A stretch of 64,000 nucleotides of DNA, taken from Alphaproteobacteria bacterium (lineage in GTDB: Bacteria; Pseudomonadota; Alphaproteobacteria; MPNO01). Below are positions 50,373 through 59,988 of this stretch, piece by piece. The translations under genes and the position numbers were made by a program. The stretch covers positions 2,080,001-2,144,000 of the forward strand of contig CBDFLJ010000001.1 of the NCBI GenBank assembly GCA_965248835.1, read 5' to 3'. The notes under the pieces were generated by a model. That model had not been told where the DNA came from and made no database searches. It worked only from the letters and a program-made list of their open reading frames with translations. Position 1 is the first letter of the stretch. Every line of letters begins with the position of its first letter.

Positions 50373-50663
50373 GTGGTGAAGGCTCACCGCTGGCGGCGGC
50401 GGATCGAAAGCGGCAAGGCAAAGTCGATCACAGACCTCGCCGCCCGGGAGGGTGTGACGGCGAGTTACGTCAGCCGGTTTCTGCTACTCACCTGTCTCGC
50501 GCCCGAAATCGTCGCGGCAATCCTCGACGGACGCCAGCCCAAGGGCCTCAAGCTCGCGGACCTGCTGCGCAACGCGACCTTGCTCGACTGGAACGAGCAA
50601 CGCAGTGCGTCTCACATGACACCTCGCGCACCGCACGATCGGGATACCCGGATTGCGGCTTGA
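50373..50663 (+). pseudogene. Serine-recombinase-associated C-terminal HTH fragment
   Basis: KAHRWRRRIESG..SITDLAAREGV..SYVSR..LAPEIVAAILDGRQP; homologous to 13944-14351. Confidence 0.65.
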
Positions 50664-51184
50664 TGCCGGCGCCGACCACATTGTCGACCGGGCTGTCTAC
50701 CGCCACCGCCACGCACGGGTTTTTCCCCGCGTGCCAGCCGCCCGGGCGCGCCGCCGTGGTCGCGCCAGCCAAGATCGCCGGTGTTCGGGCCGGGAACGGC
50801 GTGTGCCGACTGCCGACGGCGACCGCCGCCTGTCGCGATCTCAACCCGAAAGGTTGCGTGATCCAACGGCTCTCGGTCGGCCTTGTATCGGTCCAAGCAA
50901 CGCAGTCCGTGGAAGAAGGCAATTGCGGTCTTCGACCCCCGCCTTCCCTCAGGGCACTGCGGCGATGACGAGCTCTCGTGCCTTTCGCAGCCTGAATTGC
51001 AGCCTGGTCCAGGCGCGAGCTGCCCGTTGTCCGGCCCCTTCCTCGACCGGCCAGGCTCCGACCCCAGGGTTCGCCCTCGTTTTGTAGGCGCACGCCCTGA
51101 ACCCGATCGGCTTCCCCTCCCAATCGCCTGTGGAGTAACATGGCAACGCTTGGGAAGTCTGCGGAAGGGTGACCCGGTTTGGGC

Positions 51185-52552
51185 ATGAGGTCGACGCGTG
51201 CACGCCTTCTTCGACGGCCACCGGCGAACATCGACGCCCGGATCGCCTTTGAACTGGACGTTCCGAAGTTGACCGCGTTTCGGGTCAACACCAGGGAACT
51301 CCCGCATTATCGCTTCGTCGACCTATACCGAGCCACGGAGGAGTACTGCGAGGGTGTACTAGGCGTAACGACGATCGAGTCGGAGCATCGCAACGAATCT
51401 CTGAACAGCATTCTGCACGGCAAGCACCAAGAATGGATGTCTCGACGCATCAATCGATCGAGCAACGTCTCGTGGCTCGTCGGGCCGGGAGAGGAACTGT
51501 TCCTCCCCGTTGATCGATTCTGGCTCTGTACATCGCAAGCCGAAGGTGGGCGCCTCATCCTACGTCTGCGGTACGACCAGCACCGCGAGAAGGCGGTTCT
51601 CGAAATCGCGGCGGAAGACGCCGACCTTGCCGAGCGTTGCCTGAACAAGATCGTCGAGCGAAGCGTGGAAGCGTCGATCTATCGGAACAAGGTGCTGGTG
51701 CTCTCGTTCGAGCCGGGAACGAAAGACGAATACGGGGATGTCGAACAGGGCGACAGACTCCGGATCCTGTTCAGGGGCGACGAGCCCATCGGCGATGATG
51801 ACATCGTGATCGATGAGGATGTCCAGGAAATTCTCCAGCGCAACGTGATCGACCTCCAAAACAAACGCGATATCCTCAAGGCGCATCGCGTTCCGGTCAG
51901 GCGAGGGGTGCTGTTCTACGGGCCGCCCGGCACGGGCAAGACGTTCGCGTGCCGCTACATTTGCGGAAGACTGCCCGATACCACGAGGATCATTGTCACC
52001 GGTACGGCGCTGTCGCAAGTAAACGCAATCTTTAGCCTCGCGAGGATGTTCCAGCCGTCCCTCCTGATTCTGGAGGATGTGGATCTCGTCTTTGCCTCGC
52101 GCGAGATCAACCTCTACAGCTCGGTTCTCGGCGAATTGCTCGACCAGATGGACGGGCTTCGACCGTATGAGGACGTGGGATTCATCCTGACTACGAACGC
52201 CATCGACAGGATGGAAGCGGCAATCCGGGATCGTCCCGGACGGATCAGCCAGTGCATACATTTCGGTGCTCCCACGGCGACGCTGCGCAAGCGGTATCTG
52301 CTCCGCTACCTGAGGGATTACGCGGCGCAGAATCTCGACCTGGATCAGCTTGTTACCGAGTCGAGCGGAGCGACGCAGGCCTTCCTCAAGGAGTGGGTGC
52401 ATCGCTCCGTCCAGATCGCGCTGGAGCGTTTGGGCGACGAGAACCAGGAACTCGAGCTCAGAAACGACGATTTTTCCCGGGCTATGGAAGAGATGAAGAA
52501 GTTCAGCGAAGGATCGACGGGCCGGATAATCGGGTTCCGCGCCCCAAGCTGA
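51185..52552 (+). CDS. Stand-alone AAA+ ATPase
   Basis: RRGVLFYGPPGTGKT, LILEDVD, LLDQMDG, TTN, DRPGRI, C-terminal IGF; start uncertain. Confidence 0.85.
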   Translation: MRSTRARLLRRPPANIDARIAFELDVPKLTAFRVNTRELPHYRFVDLYRATEEYCEGVLGVTTIESEHRNESLNSILHGKHQEWMSRRINRSSNVSWLVGPGEELFLPVDRFWLCTSQAEGGRLILRLRYDQHREKAVLEIAAEDADLAERCLNKIVERSVEASIYRNKVLVLSFEPGTKDEYGDVEQGDRLRILFRGDEPIGDDDIVIDEDVQEILQRNVIDLQNKRDILKAHRVPVRRGVLFYGPPGTGKTFACRYICGRLPDTTRIIVTGTALSQVNAIFSLARMFQPSLLILEDVDLVFASREINLYSSVLGELLDQMDGLRPYEDVGFILTTNAIDRMEAAIRDRPGRISQCIHFGAPTATLRKRYLLRYLRDYAAQNLDLDQLVTESSGATQAFLKEWVHRSVQIALERLGDENQELELRNDDFSRAMEEMKKFSEGSTGRIIGFRAPS

Positions 52553-52699
52553 TGGCGACTGCCGACAGAGCCGCTGATCCGCGCGCATCCCGGAGCAACG
52601 GCACGGTTGTCTTCAATACAGGGCTCACCGTAATAAGGGGCTCACCGTCTGTTTTGCATGACATGAGGTCGTCCGAGGGTGGTCGACTTCGACAGCCCT

Positions 52700-52960
52700 C
52701 CTCCGCACAGAGAGTTCCGCCTCCGCCTCGCGCCGCCGGATCAGCCCCTCGAGCTTGCGCCCACCGGCCCACACCCGGCGCCGGAACTCCCGCGGCACCG
52801 CGCCGTGCTCCTGGCGGTTGACCTGGCGCCTCAGCGTCGAGCGCTGCAGCGCGCCAGCGCCGAGATTGAAGGTGAACGAGCCCAGTGCATCGAACCGACC
52901 GTCCTCGAGCGGCACCGGGATGAGCCGCAGCACCGCCCCCTCGGCGGTCTCGACGTCGCG
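52700..52960 (-). pseudogene. Phage lysozyme (GH24) C-terminal fragment
   Basis: FDALGSFTFNLGAGALQRSTLRRQVN...WAGGRKLEGLIRRREAEA. Confidence 0.8.
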
Positions 52961-53273
52961 GCGCAGACCGACCCAATCATTGTTGGTATTTTGATTTCAG
53001 TCGATTTCGCAAGGCAATAAGCGTTCAAAACGGTGCGCAGCAGGCTCCGAGTAACAGATTGATTTACCTGGTGTTTTTGACGTTACCCGAAACGGGTACC
53101 TCGGCCCGAAGTGCACACCCTTTAGAGAATATGGGCGAAGAGAGAAAGAAAACGGCCCAAAACGACGGTCTGGCCGGCGGACGAGGTTCACGGCTACTAG
53201 CGCCAATGCCGCGGTAGTCTTGCGGCTCGGGGCCATGCCGCGCTGCGGCAGAGAATTCACTCTCTCAAGGTAA

Positions 53274-53366
53274 TGGCGGAGGGAGAGGGATTCGAACCCT
53301 CGATAGAGGTATCACCCCTATAACGGTTTAGCAAACCGCCGCCTTCAGCCGCTCGGCCACCCCTCC
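53274..53366 (-). tRNA. tRNA-Ser(GCT)
   Basis: GGAGGGGTGGCCGAGCGGCTGAAGGCGGCGGTTTGCTAAACCG...GGTTCGAATCCCTCTCCCTCCGCCA; long variable arm, encoded CCA. Confidence 0.97.
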
Positions 53367-53395
53367 GGTCCGGTGCGCCTCACGCACCGCCGGCC

Positions 53396-53425
53396 CTTCT
53401 AGACGGCGGGATCGGGTGCTGTCAA
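53396..53425 (-). promoter_or_regulatory. Putative sigma70 promoter of tRNA-Ser
   Basis: TTGACA-N18-TAGAAG about 30 bp upstream of the tRNA. Confidence 0.5.
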
Positions 53426-53582
53426 TCGCCCGGCCAGGCGCGATCCGGTTGGGACAGGCTCCGGCCGGTTGCGCCGAACGATCGCGCGGCGACGGCGCCT
53501 CGCCGGCGACGGAGCGCCGCCGAGGGATCGGTCGCAATGTCGGCGCTCGAATATTCACCGGCCGAATAGCCCGGCCCGCCAA

Positions 53583-53706
53583 GCCGGCGGTCGAGGGCTG
53601 CGCACAGCCGCTCGACCGCCGCGCCGCGCCGCCTTGCTGCGCCTGGATCTTGCCGTAGAACAGCTCCCAGGCCTTGTCGGAATAGCCCGGACCGGCGCGC
53701 CGATGC
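53583..53706 (+). repeat. Direct repeat E: diverged copy of the GST 3' end + hairpin (partner 61722-61865)
   Basis: GCCGGCGGTCGAGG...CAGCTCCCAGGCCTTGTCGGAATAGCC...GCGCCGATGC; lacks ~20 bp including the stop codon. Confidence 0.9.
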
Positions 53707-53830
53707 CGGCCTCTCGCGCGAGCACCCGCGTGGCGGAGACCGAGGGCGCCAGCCGCGATATCTTCCTCGCGCCCGGAAGGCCCGCAACCTCGCGCAGCAT
53801 GGTCGTTTTGCCGCTGCGGGTATGCCCCGC
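53700..53830 (-). pseudogene. Conjugative relaxase/helicase (TrwC/TraA-like) fragment
   Basis: GHTRSGKTTMLREVA...LAPSVSATRVLAREAGI matches helicase motifs I/Ia. Confidence 0.6.
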
Positions 53831-54113
53831 ACGCCGACCAGAAGGGTGTGCGAGCACAGCACCGTCTTGCCCGCCTCCTTCTGGCCCCGGCGCATTGCCC
53901 AGCGTCGCCGCCGGCGCCTCACGCGCCTGGATTGTCGGTCGGCACGCGAGTTTGGCCGCGACAGGCGTGCTATCCTGTTGATTGCGTGCGGGTACAGGGG
54001 GACGGTCACATGTGCGCCAAACTTTGCGCCGGTCGAGAGGCCGGAAATTGCCACGCGGACGTTGTGGCGGTGAACGCGGCCGGCGGCGGATAGAGACAAG
54101 CGGAGGTCTGAGG

Positions 54114-55205
54114 ATGGAATTCGGTTATTTCACGCTGAGCGACAACCGCTATCGCGACAACCCCCGGACGGCGGAAGCGTTCATGATGGAGATCCGCGAC
54201 CAGGCGGTCTTCGCCGAGTCGATCGGCATGCACTCGGCCTGGATCGGCGAACATCACTTCAACCGGCGCGGCTGCGTGCCCATGCCCTCGATGGTGCTGG
54301 CTTCGATCGCCGCGGGGACGACGCGGATCAGGCTCGGCCCGGCGGTCGTGGTGCTGCCGATCCACCATCCGGTCCAAGTTGCGGAGGAATGGGCGAGCCT
54401 CGACGTGCTGTCGGGCGGGCGCGTCGACTTCGCGCTCGGTCGCGGCTACGACAGCCACGAATACGCGCCCTTCGGCGCCGACTTCCAAGCCTCGGCGGAG
54501 GTCTTCGCCGAGGGCGTGGAGCTCCTCTACCGCTGCTGGAACGACGAAGGCCCGACGACCTTCGAGGGCAGGCACTACGCGGTACACGATATCGAAGTCT
54601 GCCCGAAGCCGGTGCAGAAGCCGTTCGTTCCCTACATGGGATCGTTCTCGCGCTACAGCATGGAGGTGGCGGCCCGCTACGGCTGGAACCTGATGCTCGC
54701 CCCGTTCGCCGCCTCCCTCGTCTTCGGCGGGCTGAACGAGGCGGTCGCCGCCTACCGCGAGGTCTGCGAAGCAGCCAAGACCGAGCTCGGACGCGTCAAG
54801 TGCAGCTACTTTGTCCACATCGCCGACACGCCGGCGGAGGAAGAGGCCGCCCGTGATCGGCTGGTCGACTACTTCACGATTTCGGGCCTCCGAAACAAAA
54901 AGACCATGGGCGCGAAACTGCCACCGACGATGGAGTACTACCGCCGCATCGGCCAGGCGCTCGCCGATCTAAAGACCGACGACCTCGGGCCCAACTCCAT
55001 CCTGCTCGGCCCGCCGCAGGCGATCGCCGACCGGCTCGGCGAAGTCGAGGCCGCGGGGATCGAGGAGGTGATCCTCTACTTCAACTACGGCCGGAAGCCC
55101 GATTCGATGGTCCGCGAGCAGATGGAGCGCTTTATGGCCGAGGTGGCGCCCGCCTTCGACGGCGGCCGTCGGCGCTTCGCCGCAGCCGAGGCGCGGGTCG
55201 GCTGA
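54114..55205 (+). CDS. LLM-class flavin-dependent oxidoreductase
   Basis: MEFGYF, WIGEHHF, HPVQVAEEWASLDVLSGGRVDFALGRG, PKPVQKP, MERFMAEVAP. Confidence 0.92.
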   Translation: MEFGYFTLSDNRYRDNPRTAEAFMMEIRDQAVFAESIGMHSAWIGEHHFNRRGCVPMPSMVLASIAAGTTRIRLGPAVVVLPIHHPVQVAEEWASLDVLSGGRVDFALGRGYDSHEYAPFGADFQASAEVFAEGVELLYRCWNDEGPTTFEGRHYAVHDIEVCPKPVQKPFVPYMGSFSRYSMEVAARYGWNLMLAPFAASLVFGGLNEAVAAYREVCEAAKTELGRVKCSYFVHIADTPAEEEAARDRLVDYFTISGLRNKKTMGAKLPPTMEYYRRIGQALADLKTDDLGPNSILLGPPQAIADRLGEVEAAGIEEVILYFNYGRKPDSMVREQMERFMAEVAPAFDGGRRRFAAAEARVG

Positions 55206-55388
55206 TTCCATCGGGGCCAGCAGGAAAGACGTCCTGCACCGACGGGCCGGATATAGACCTGCAACTTGTCGACCGGAAACGCCAAATCGTCCCTCGCAAA
55301 CCGGGAGGCGTCCAGGAGGCGTCCATATAGCTTGCCCCGAGCCTGCCGAAGGGAGGTATCGAAGCTCCGGTCCCTGACTTCGCCCTTC

Positions 55389-56081
55389 TCACACATGCAT
55401 GTGTGCCGCCAGCGCTTCTTCGGTCATGTCCGCTGCCGCACCGGCGAGCACGACCTCGCCATGGTCCATGACGATCACCCGGTCGGCGATCTTCAGCGCG
55501 AAGGCGAGATTTTGTTCGACGATCAGCAAGGCTCGTCCCGCGGCTTTGGCCCGGTGCAGGAACGCGGCCATGCTCTCGACATTTTCCTGCTGTACGCCTT
55601 CGCTGGGCTCGTCGAGCAACAGCAGTTGCCCGGTTTCGGCGACGCCGCGCACGAAGGAGAGGATTTTTCGTTCGCCGCCGCTCAGCGTCCCCGCCGACTG
55701 GGCCATGCGCGCTTCGAGAATCGGAAAGGCGGCGAGGAGCGGGGCATAGCGGTCTGCGTCGGCGGACGCCATCAGGGTGAGATTTTCCCGGACCGAAAGA
55801 TTGTCGAAAACCGGCCGGTCCTGCGGGCAGTAGATCAGGCCCAGACCGTGCCGTTCGTTGGGCGCAAGGCCGTCGAGAGACCGCCCTCCGAGCCGCACCG
55901 TGCCCGACTGGGGCGGCAGGTGGCCGGTCAGCAGGCGCATCAGGGTCGTCTTGCCGACGCCGTTGCGGCCGAGCACGCAGCAAGCCTCGCCCGCCGCCAC
56001 CGCGCCGTTGACCGACCGGACCACCGTCGTTGCGCCGTAGCCGCCGGTCACGCCGGCGAAGGAAAACAACGCCGCGCTCAT
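55389..56081 (-). CDS. ABC ATP-binding protein (LivF/UrtE type)
   Basis: GRNGVGKTT, LSGGE, LLDEPSEG, VEQN. Confidence 0.9.
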   Translation of the reverse strand: MSAALFSFAGVTGGYGATTVVRSVNGAVAAGEACCVLGRNGVGKTTLMRLLTGHLPPQSGTVRLGGRSLDGLAPNERHGLGLIYCPQDRPVFDNLSVRENLTLMASADADRYAPLLAAFPILEARMAQSAGTLSGGERKILSFVRGVAETGQLLLLDEPSEGVQQENVESMAAFLHRAKAAGRALLIVEQNLAFALKIADRVIVMDHGEVVLAGAAADMTEEALAAHMHV

Positions 56082-57808
56082 GCCGAGGCCCCGACATAGA
56101 CGGCGCGGACCCGTTCGTCCGCCTGGATCTGCGCAACCGTTCCCGATGCCAGCAGCCGGCCCTGATGCAGCACGAAAATCCTGTCTGCCAGCTCCCGGAC
56201 GAAGGTCATGTCGTGCTCGACGATCACCGTGCAGGAATTCAGCCTTCCGCTGACCCAACGGATCGCTTCGATCACCTCCTGGGTTTCGGTCTGAGACAGG
56301 CCGGCGGACGGTTCGTCAAGCAGGATGAGCCGCGGCTCGGCGATCAGGACCATGGCGAGTTCCAGGATCTGACGCTGGCCGTGTGAGAGGTCGCCGGCCC
56401 GCCGGTCCTCCTCGGCGAGAAACGGGAAGCGGGCCTGCGCTTCGCGCAGAATCGCGCTGGACCAGCGATGGCTGCGCATGCGGACCAGATCGCGCAACCG
56501 GGCGCGGCCGCCCCACAAGCCGATGTTGAAATTCTCCGCGACCGTAAGATCCGGGAACAGGCTGGGCGCCTGGAACTTGCGGCCGACGCCGATGCGGCTC
56601 AAAAGGTCGGCCGCCGTACCGGTGCGCGGCTTGCCGAATATCCGGATCTGTCCGCTCCGGACCGGCAATTCTCCGGTCATCGCGTTGAAGCAGGAGGTCT
56701 TGCCGGCGCCGTTCGGTCCGATCAGACAATAGGTGCCGGGCTTGTCGATCGAAAGGTCGAGACCGTCGAGAATGCTTACCGATCCCATGCGGACGCTGAC
56801 CTCCGCCAGCGCAAACCCGGTGGTGCCCTGGGCGGATTGCCGGTTCGGGCTCTCGAGGCTGCGCTCGGTGCGGCGCCGCACCATCCGCTCGAACACAGGC
56901 TCGATGAACCCCATCAGCCCTTGCCGAAAATACAGCACCACGACAATGAACAGGACGGCCAGGATGACCTCCCAATAGGTGATCTCGTCCCGCAGATCGG
57001 CGGTCACGATGCCAATCAGCACGGCGCCGACCACCGGACCGTAAAGCGTCGCCCTTCCCCCGACGGCGGCCCAGATCACCAGGTCGGCCGAGAGGATGAA
57101 GCCGCACAGTTCCGGGGTGACGAGATTCTGCTGGGGCGCATAGAGGGCGCCCCCGACGCCGGCCAGCGCGCCGCTGAGTCCGAACACGGCAGCCTTCGCA
57201 TTCTGCACCGCAAAGCCGCAGAAGCGCACCCGTTGCTCGTTCTGGGAAACCGCCCGCCACAGGACGCCGGCCGGCGCGCGCCGAAGCCACGCGACGGCCA
57301 GCAGGCAGACCGCCAGGGCGACCGCCGAGACATAGTAGAGATCGGTGAGTTCGCTTAGCCCCGGCAGGCTCGGGATATTCTTTAGGCCGTTGAAGCCGCC
57401 GGTGACATCGTTCCAGCTGTTCGCGATCTGAAACGCCAGCAGCGTGAGCGCAAGCGTGATCATGGCGAAGAACGGTCCGCTCAGGGTCCGTCCGCGGAAC
57501 ACCAGCAAGCCGATGCCGTAGGCGAGCAGGCCGGGCGCCAGCGCCGCCGCCGGCAGCAGGAGCAACAGCAGCCAGCTATCCTTGAAATGGATCAGCGAAA
57601 GGCCGGAGAGATAGGCCGCAAGCCCGAAGAACATCGCCTGGCCCAGCGGCAGCAAACCGGCCTGGCCCCAGCACAGGCCGATGCCGAGGGCGGCGATGGC
57701 GTACAGGAAATACAGCGCCAGCGTGTAGGCCCAGAATTCGCCGACCAATTGCGGCAGGATCGCGAGGGCCGCGATCAGAGCGGCGCTATGTCCGAGAAAA
57801 GAGGCCAT
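56078..57808 (-). CDS. Fused ABC permease + ATP-binding protein (LivM-LivG/UrtC-UrtD type)
   Basis: N-terminal TM region (WGQAGLLPLGQ, AAVGGRATLYG) then GPNGAGKT, LSHGQ, LDEP, VEHDM. Confidence 0.9.
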   Translation of the reverse strand: MASFLGHSAALIAALAILPQLVGEFWAYTLALYFLYAIAALGIGLCWGQAGLLPLGQAMFFGLAAYLSGLSLIHFKDSWLLLLLLPAAALAPGLLAYGIGLLVFRGRTLSGPFFAMITLALTLLAFQIANSWNDVTGGFNGLKNIPSLPGLSELTDLYYVSAVALAVCLLAVAWLRRAPAGVLWRAVSQNEQRVRFCGFAVQNAKAAVFGLSGALAGVGGALYAPQQNLVTPELCGFILSADLVIWAAVGGRATLYGPVVGAVLIGIVTADLRDEITYWEVILAVLFIVVVLYFRQGLMGFIEPVFERMVRRRTERSLESPNRQSAQGTTGFALAEVSVRMGSVSILDGLDLSIDKPGTYCLIGPNGAGKTSCFNAMTGELPVRSGQIRIFGKPRTGTAADLLSRIGVGRKFQAPSLFPDLTVAENFNIGLWGGRARLRDLVRMRSHRWSSAILREAQARFPFLAEEDRRAGDLSHGQRQILELAMVLIAEPRLILLDEPSAGLSQTETQEVIEAIRWVSGRLNSCTVIVEHDMTFVRELADRIFVLHQGRLLASGTVAQIQADERVRAVYVGASA

Positions 57809-58640
57809 TCGGGCGCAGCCAGAGGAACAGGATCGCGATGACAAGAACGGTGGTGTAGCCGTAGGTCCGGTCGAACACCGCGCTGACGATGCTTTCCACG
57901 CCACCGATGACGCCGGACCCCGAGATCAGGCCGACCAGGCTGCCGAGCCCGCCGACGACCAGGACGAAAAAGGATTTCAGGATGAAGTCGAGGCCCAGCA
58001 TCGGCTGAACGGGCAGCAACGGCGCCAGCATCACGCCCGCGAGCGCCGCAAGACAGCATCCGAATACGAAGGTGTTGCGCGCCAGCGCCGTGACCGGGAT
58101 GCCGACCGAACCGGCGAGTTCCGGATTGTTGACGACGGCGCGGATGCGGCGGCCGGTGGCGCTGCGCACGAACCACCAGACCAGGCCCGCAACCAGCGCG
58201 ATCGAGACGACCGTCAGGAGCAGCCGATAGCTGGGATAATCCGCGCCCAGAACGTCGATGCTGCCGGTCAAAGGCACCGTGACGCTGCGGAAGCCCCGGC
58301 CGTACACGGCCTCGACGGCCTCGCGCAGCAGCATGCTCAGCCCCCATGTCGCCAGCAGCGTATCGAACGGCCGGGCATAGAGAGGCCGCACGAGAAGCCG
58401 CTCGACAACCAGTCCCACAAGGCCGCACACCAGCAGCCCCAGCGGCACCGCGGCCAGAAACGGCAGGCCCTGGGCCTGGGTGAAGAATGCACAATAGGCG
58501 CCGATCATGACGAACTCGCCATGGGCGAGATTCATCACGCCGAGAAGCCCGAACACCACGGCGAGGCCGAGAACGACGATCGCCAGGGTCGATACCTCAT
58601 ACACCACATTCAGGATGTTAATGGTGAGGATCGGATCCAT
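57786..58640 (-). CDS. ABC permease (LivH/UrtB type)
   Basis: GLLGVMNLAHGEF, TLLATWG, GRRIRAV, VVGGLGS. Confidence 0.9.
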   Translation of the reverse strand: MDPILTINILNVVYEVSTLAIVVLGLAVVFGLLGVMNLAHGEFVMIGAYCAFFTQAQGLPFLAAVPLGLLVCGLVGLVVERLLVRPLYARPFDTLLATWGLSMLLREAVEAVYGRGFRSVTVPLTGSIDVLGADYPSYRLLLTVVSIALVAGLVWWFVRSATGRRIRAVVNNPELAGSVGIPVTALARNTFVFGCCLAALAGVMLAPLLPVQPMLGLDFILKSFFVLVVGGLGSLVGLISGSGVIGGVESIVSAVFDRTYGYTTVLVIAILFLWLRPNGLFSRT

Positions 58641-58751
58641 CGCGGTCGTCGTTCCGGGCGCCCTTGCAACCGGGGCGGTCTTCGCTGCGTTCGTCGGGGC
58701 GGCGGCCGGTCGCACCCCGGCCAACGCCCCGACCCTGGATCGGAGGCGGAA

Positions 58752-59936
58752 TCAGCTGCAGGTCTGGCCGTGCGCCACCGCGTTGAAGGTCTGGACGATA
58801 TCGAAGCTCGTTCCCTTGCATTCGGCAAGGTACATGTCCTTGACGACATGTCGGTTGGTCATGACGGCGGTCCCGGTGGCGGTCCGGTAGCTGAGGTTGT
58901 TGGCCGCGGCCATCAACTTGCCCGCGTCCGTTCCGCCGGCCTTCTCGATCAGGGCCTTGGCGCAATAGACGCCGGAGTAGGCGTCGACGCCGAGCATGCT
59001 GAGCGGCGGCGCCTTCGGGCCAAACGCTTTCTTGAAGCTCGACTTGAACTTCGCGTTGGCCGCGCCTTTTTCGTTCACGAAATAGGACATGGCGCTGTAC
59101 AGGCCGTTGCTGCTCTTGTCGCCGATACCTTGCAGGGTCAGCTCTTCCAGCAGATAGGAAATGCGCTTGATCGACTTGTCGAGGCCGAAGCCGGCGAAGG
59201 TCCGGTTGAAGTTCACGTTGTCGCCGCCGACCAGCGTGATGACCACAAGATCGGGCTTCTTCGCCTTGATGCGGGTCACCGCATCCTCGAACTTGTTGGG
59301 CGCGCCCAGCGGCACATACTCCTCGCCGACCACCTTGCCGCCGGCCGCCGCGATGTATTTCTTGGCCTGCTCGTTGGTCTTGCGCGGCCAGACATAGTCG
59401 TTGCCGATGAGATAGTAGGTCTTCGCGCCGAGCGATTTTGCCAAATGGGTGATCGAAGGCTGCACCTGCTGCTGCGGCGTATCGGCCGTCACATAGACGT
59501 TGGGGTTGCATTCCCCACCTTCGTAGAGCGGCGTGTAGACATAGGGCACACGGCCTTTGAGCGCGGCGACGATCGCTTCCCGGACGGCGCTGTTGTGGGA
59601 GCCGATCACCAGATCGACCTTGTCCCGCAACATCAGGCGGATCGCCGCCTTGGCCGCCTCGGCCGGCGGTGCGCCGCCGTCGGCGGGGATGACCGTCACC
59701 TTGCGGCCGCCGATGCCGCCGCCCGCGTTGATCTGATCGACGGCGAGCTTGGTGCAGGCCGTGCCGGTCGGGCCGAACAGCGCCGCTGGACCGCTGAGCG
59801 GAAAGAAGGTGGCCATCTTCAGCTCGTCGGCGGCCCGTGCGCCGGTCAGAACGGCCGGCGCGGCGACCGCCGCGCCCGAACCCAGGGCGCCGACGATGAA
59901 GCGGCGGCGCGACATCTGGCCAATATTCTTCAGCAT
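58752..59936 (-). CDS. AmiC/FmdD/UrtA-type amide-binding protein with Tat signal
   Basis: SRRRFI twin-arginine; INAGGGIGGR, YVYTPLYEGGE, GNDYVWPR. Confidence 0.9.
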   Translation of the reverse strand: MLKNIGQMSRRRFIVGALGSGAAVAAPAVLTGARAADELKMATFFPLSGPAALFGPTGTACTKLAVDQINAGGGIGGRKVTVIPADGGAPPAEAAKAAIRLMLRDKVDLVIGSHNSAVREAIVAALKGRVPYVYTPLYEGGECNPNVYVTADTPQQQVQPSITHLAKSLGAKTYYLIGNDYVWPRKTNEQAKKYIAAAGGKVVGEEYVPLGAPNKFEDAVTRIKAKKPDLVVITLVGGDNVNFNRTFAGFGLDKSIKRISYLLEELTLQGIGDKSSNGLYSAMSYFVNEKGAANAKFKSSFKKAFGPKAPPLSMLGVDAYSGVYCAKALIEKAGGTDAGKLMAAANNLSYRTATGTAVMTNRHVVKDMYLAECKGTSFDIVQTFNAVAHGQTCS

Positions 59937-59988
59937 GGGGTTCACTCCCTGTTTGTGGCCCATATCGTCGGCCCTTGCGACCAAGGGG

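Noticed and set aside
52621-52648. Short direct repeat GGGCTCACCGT x2
   Set aside because: Only two 11-bp copies with no supporting context.
53939-53958. Sigma54 promoter upstream of the LLM gene (also 15153 and 38194)
   Set aside because: GGCAC is present but the -12 TTGC element is missing or wrongly spaced.
55389-59936. Bona fide urtABCDE urea transporter
   Set aside because: Family-level similarity only; linked to an amidase rather than urease, so no gene symbols were assigned.
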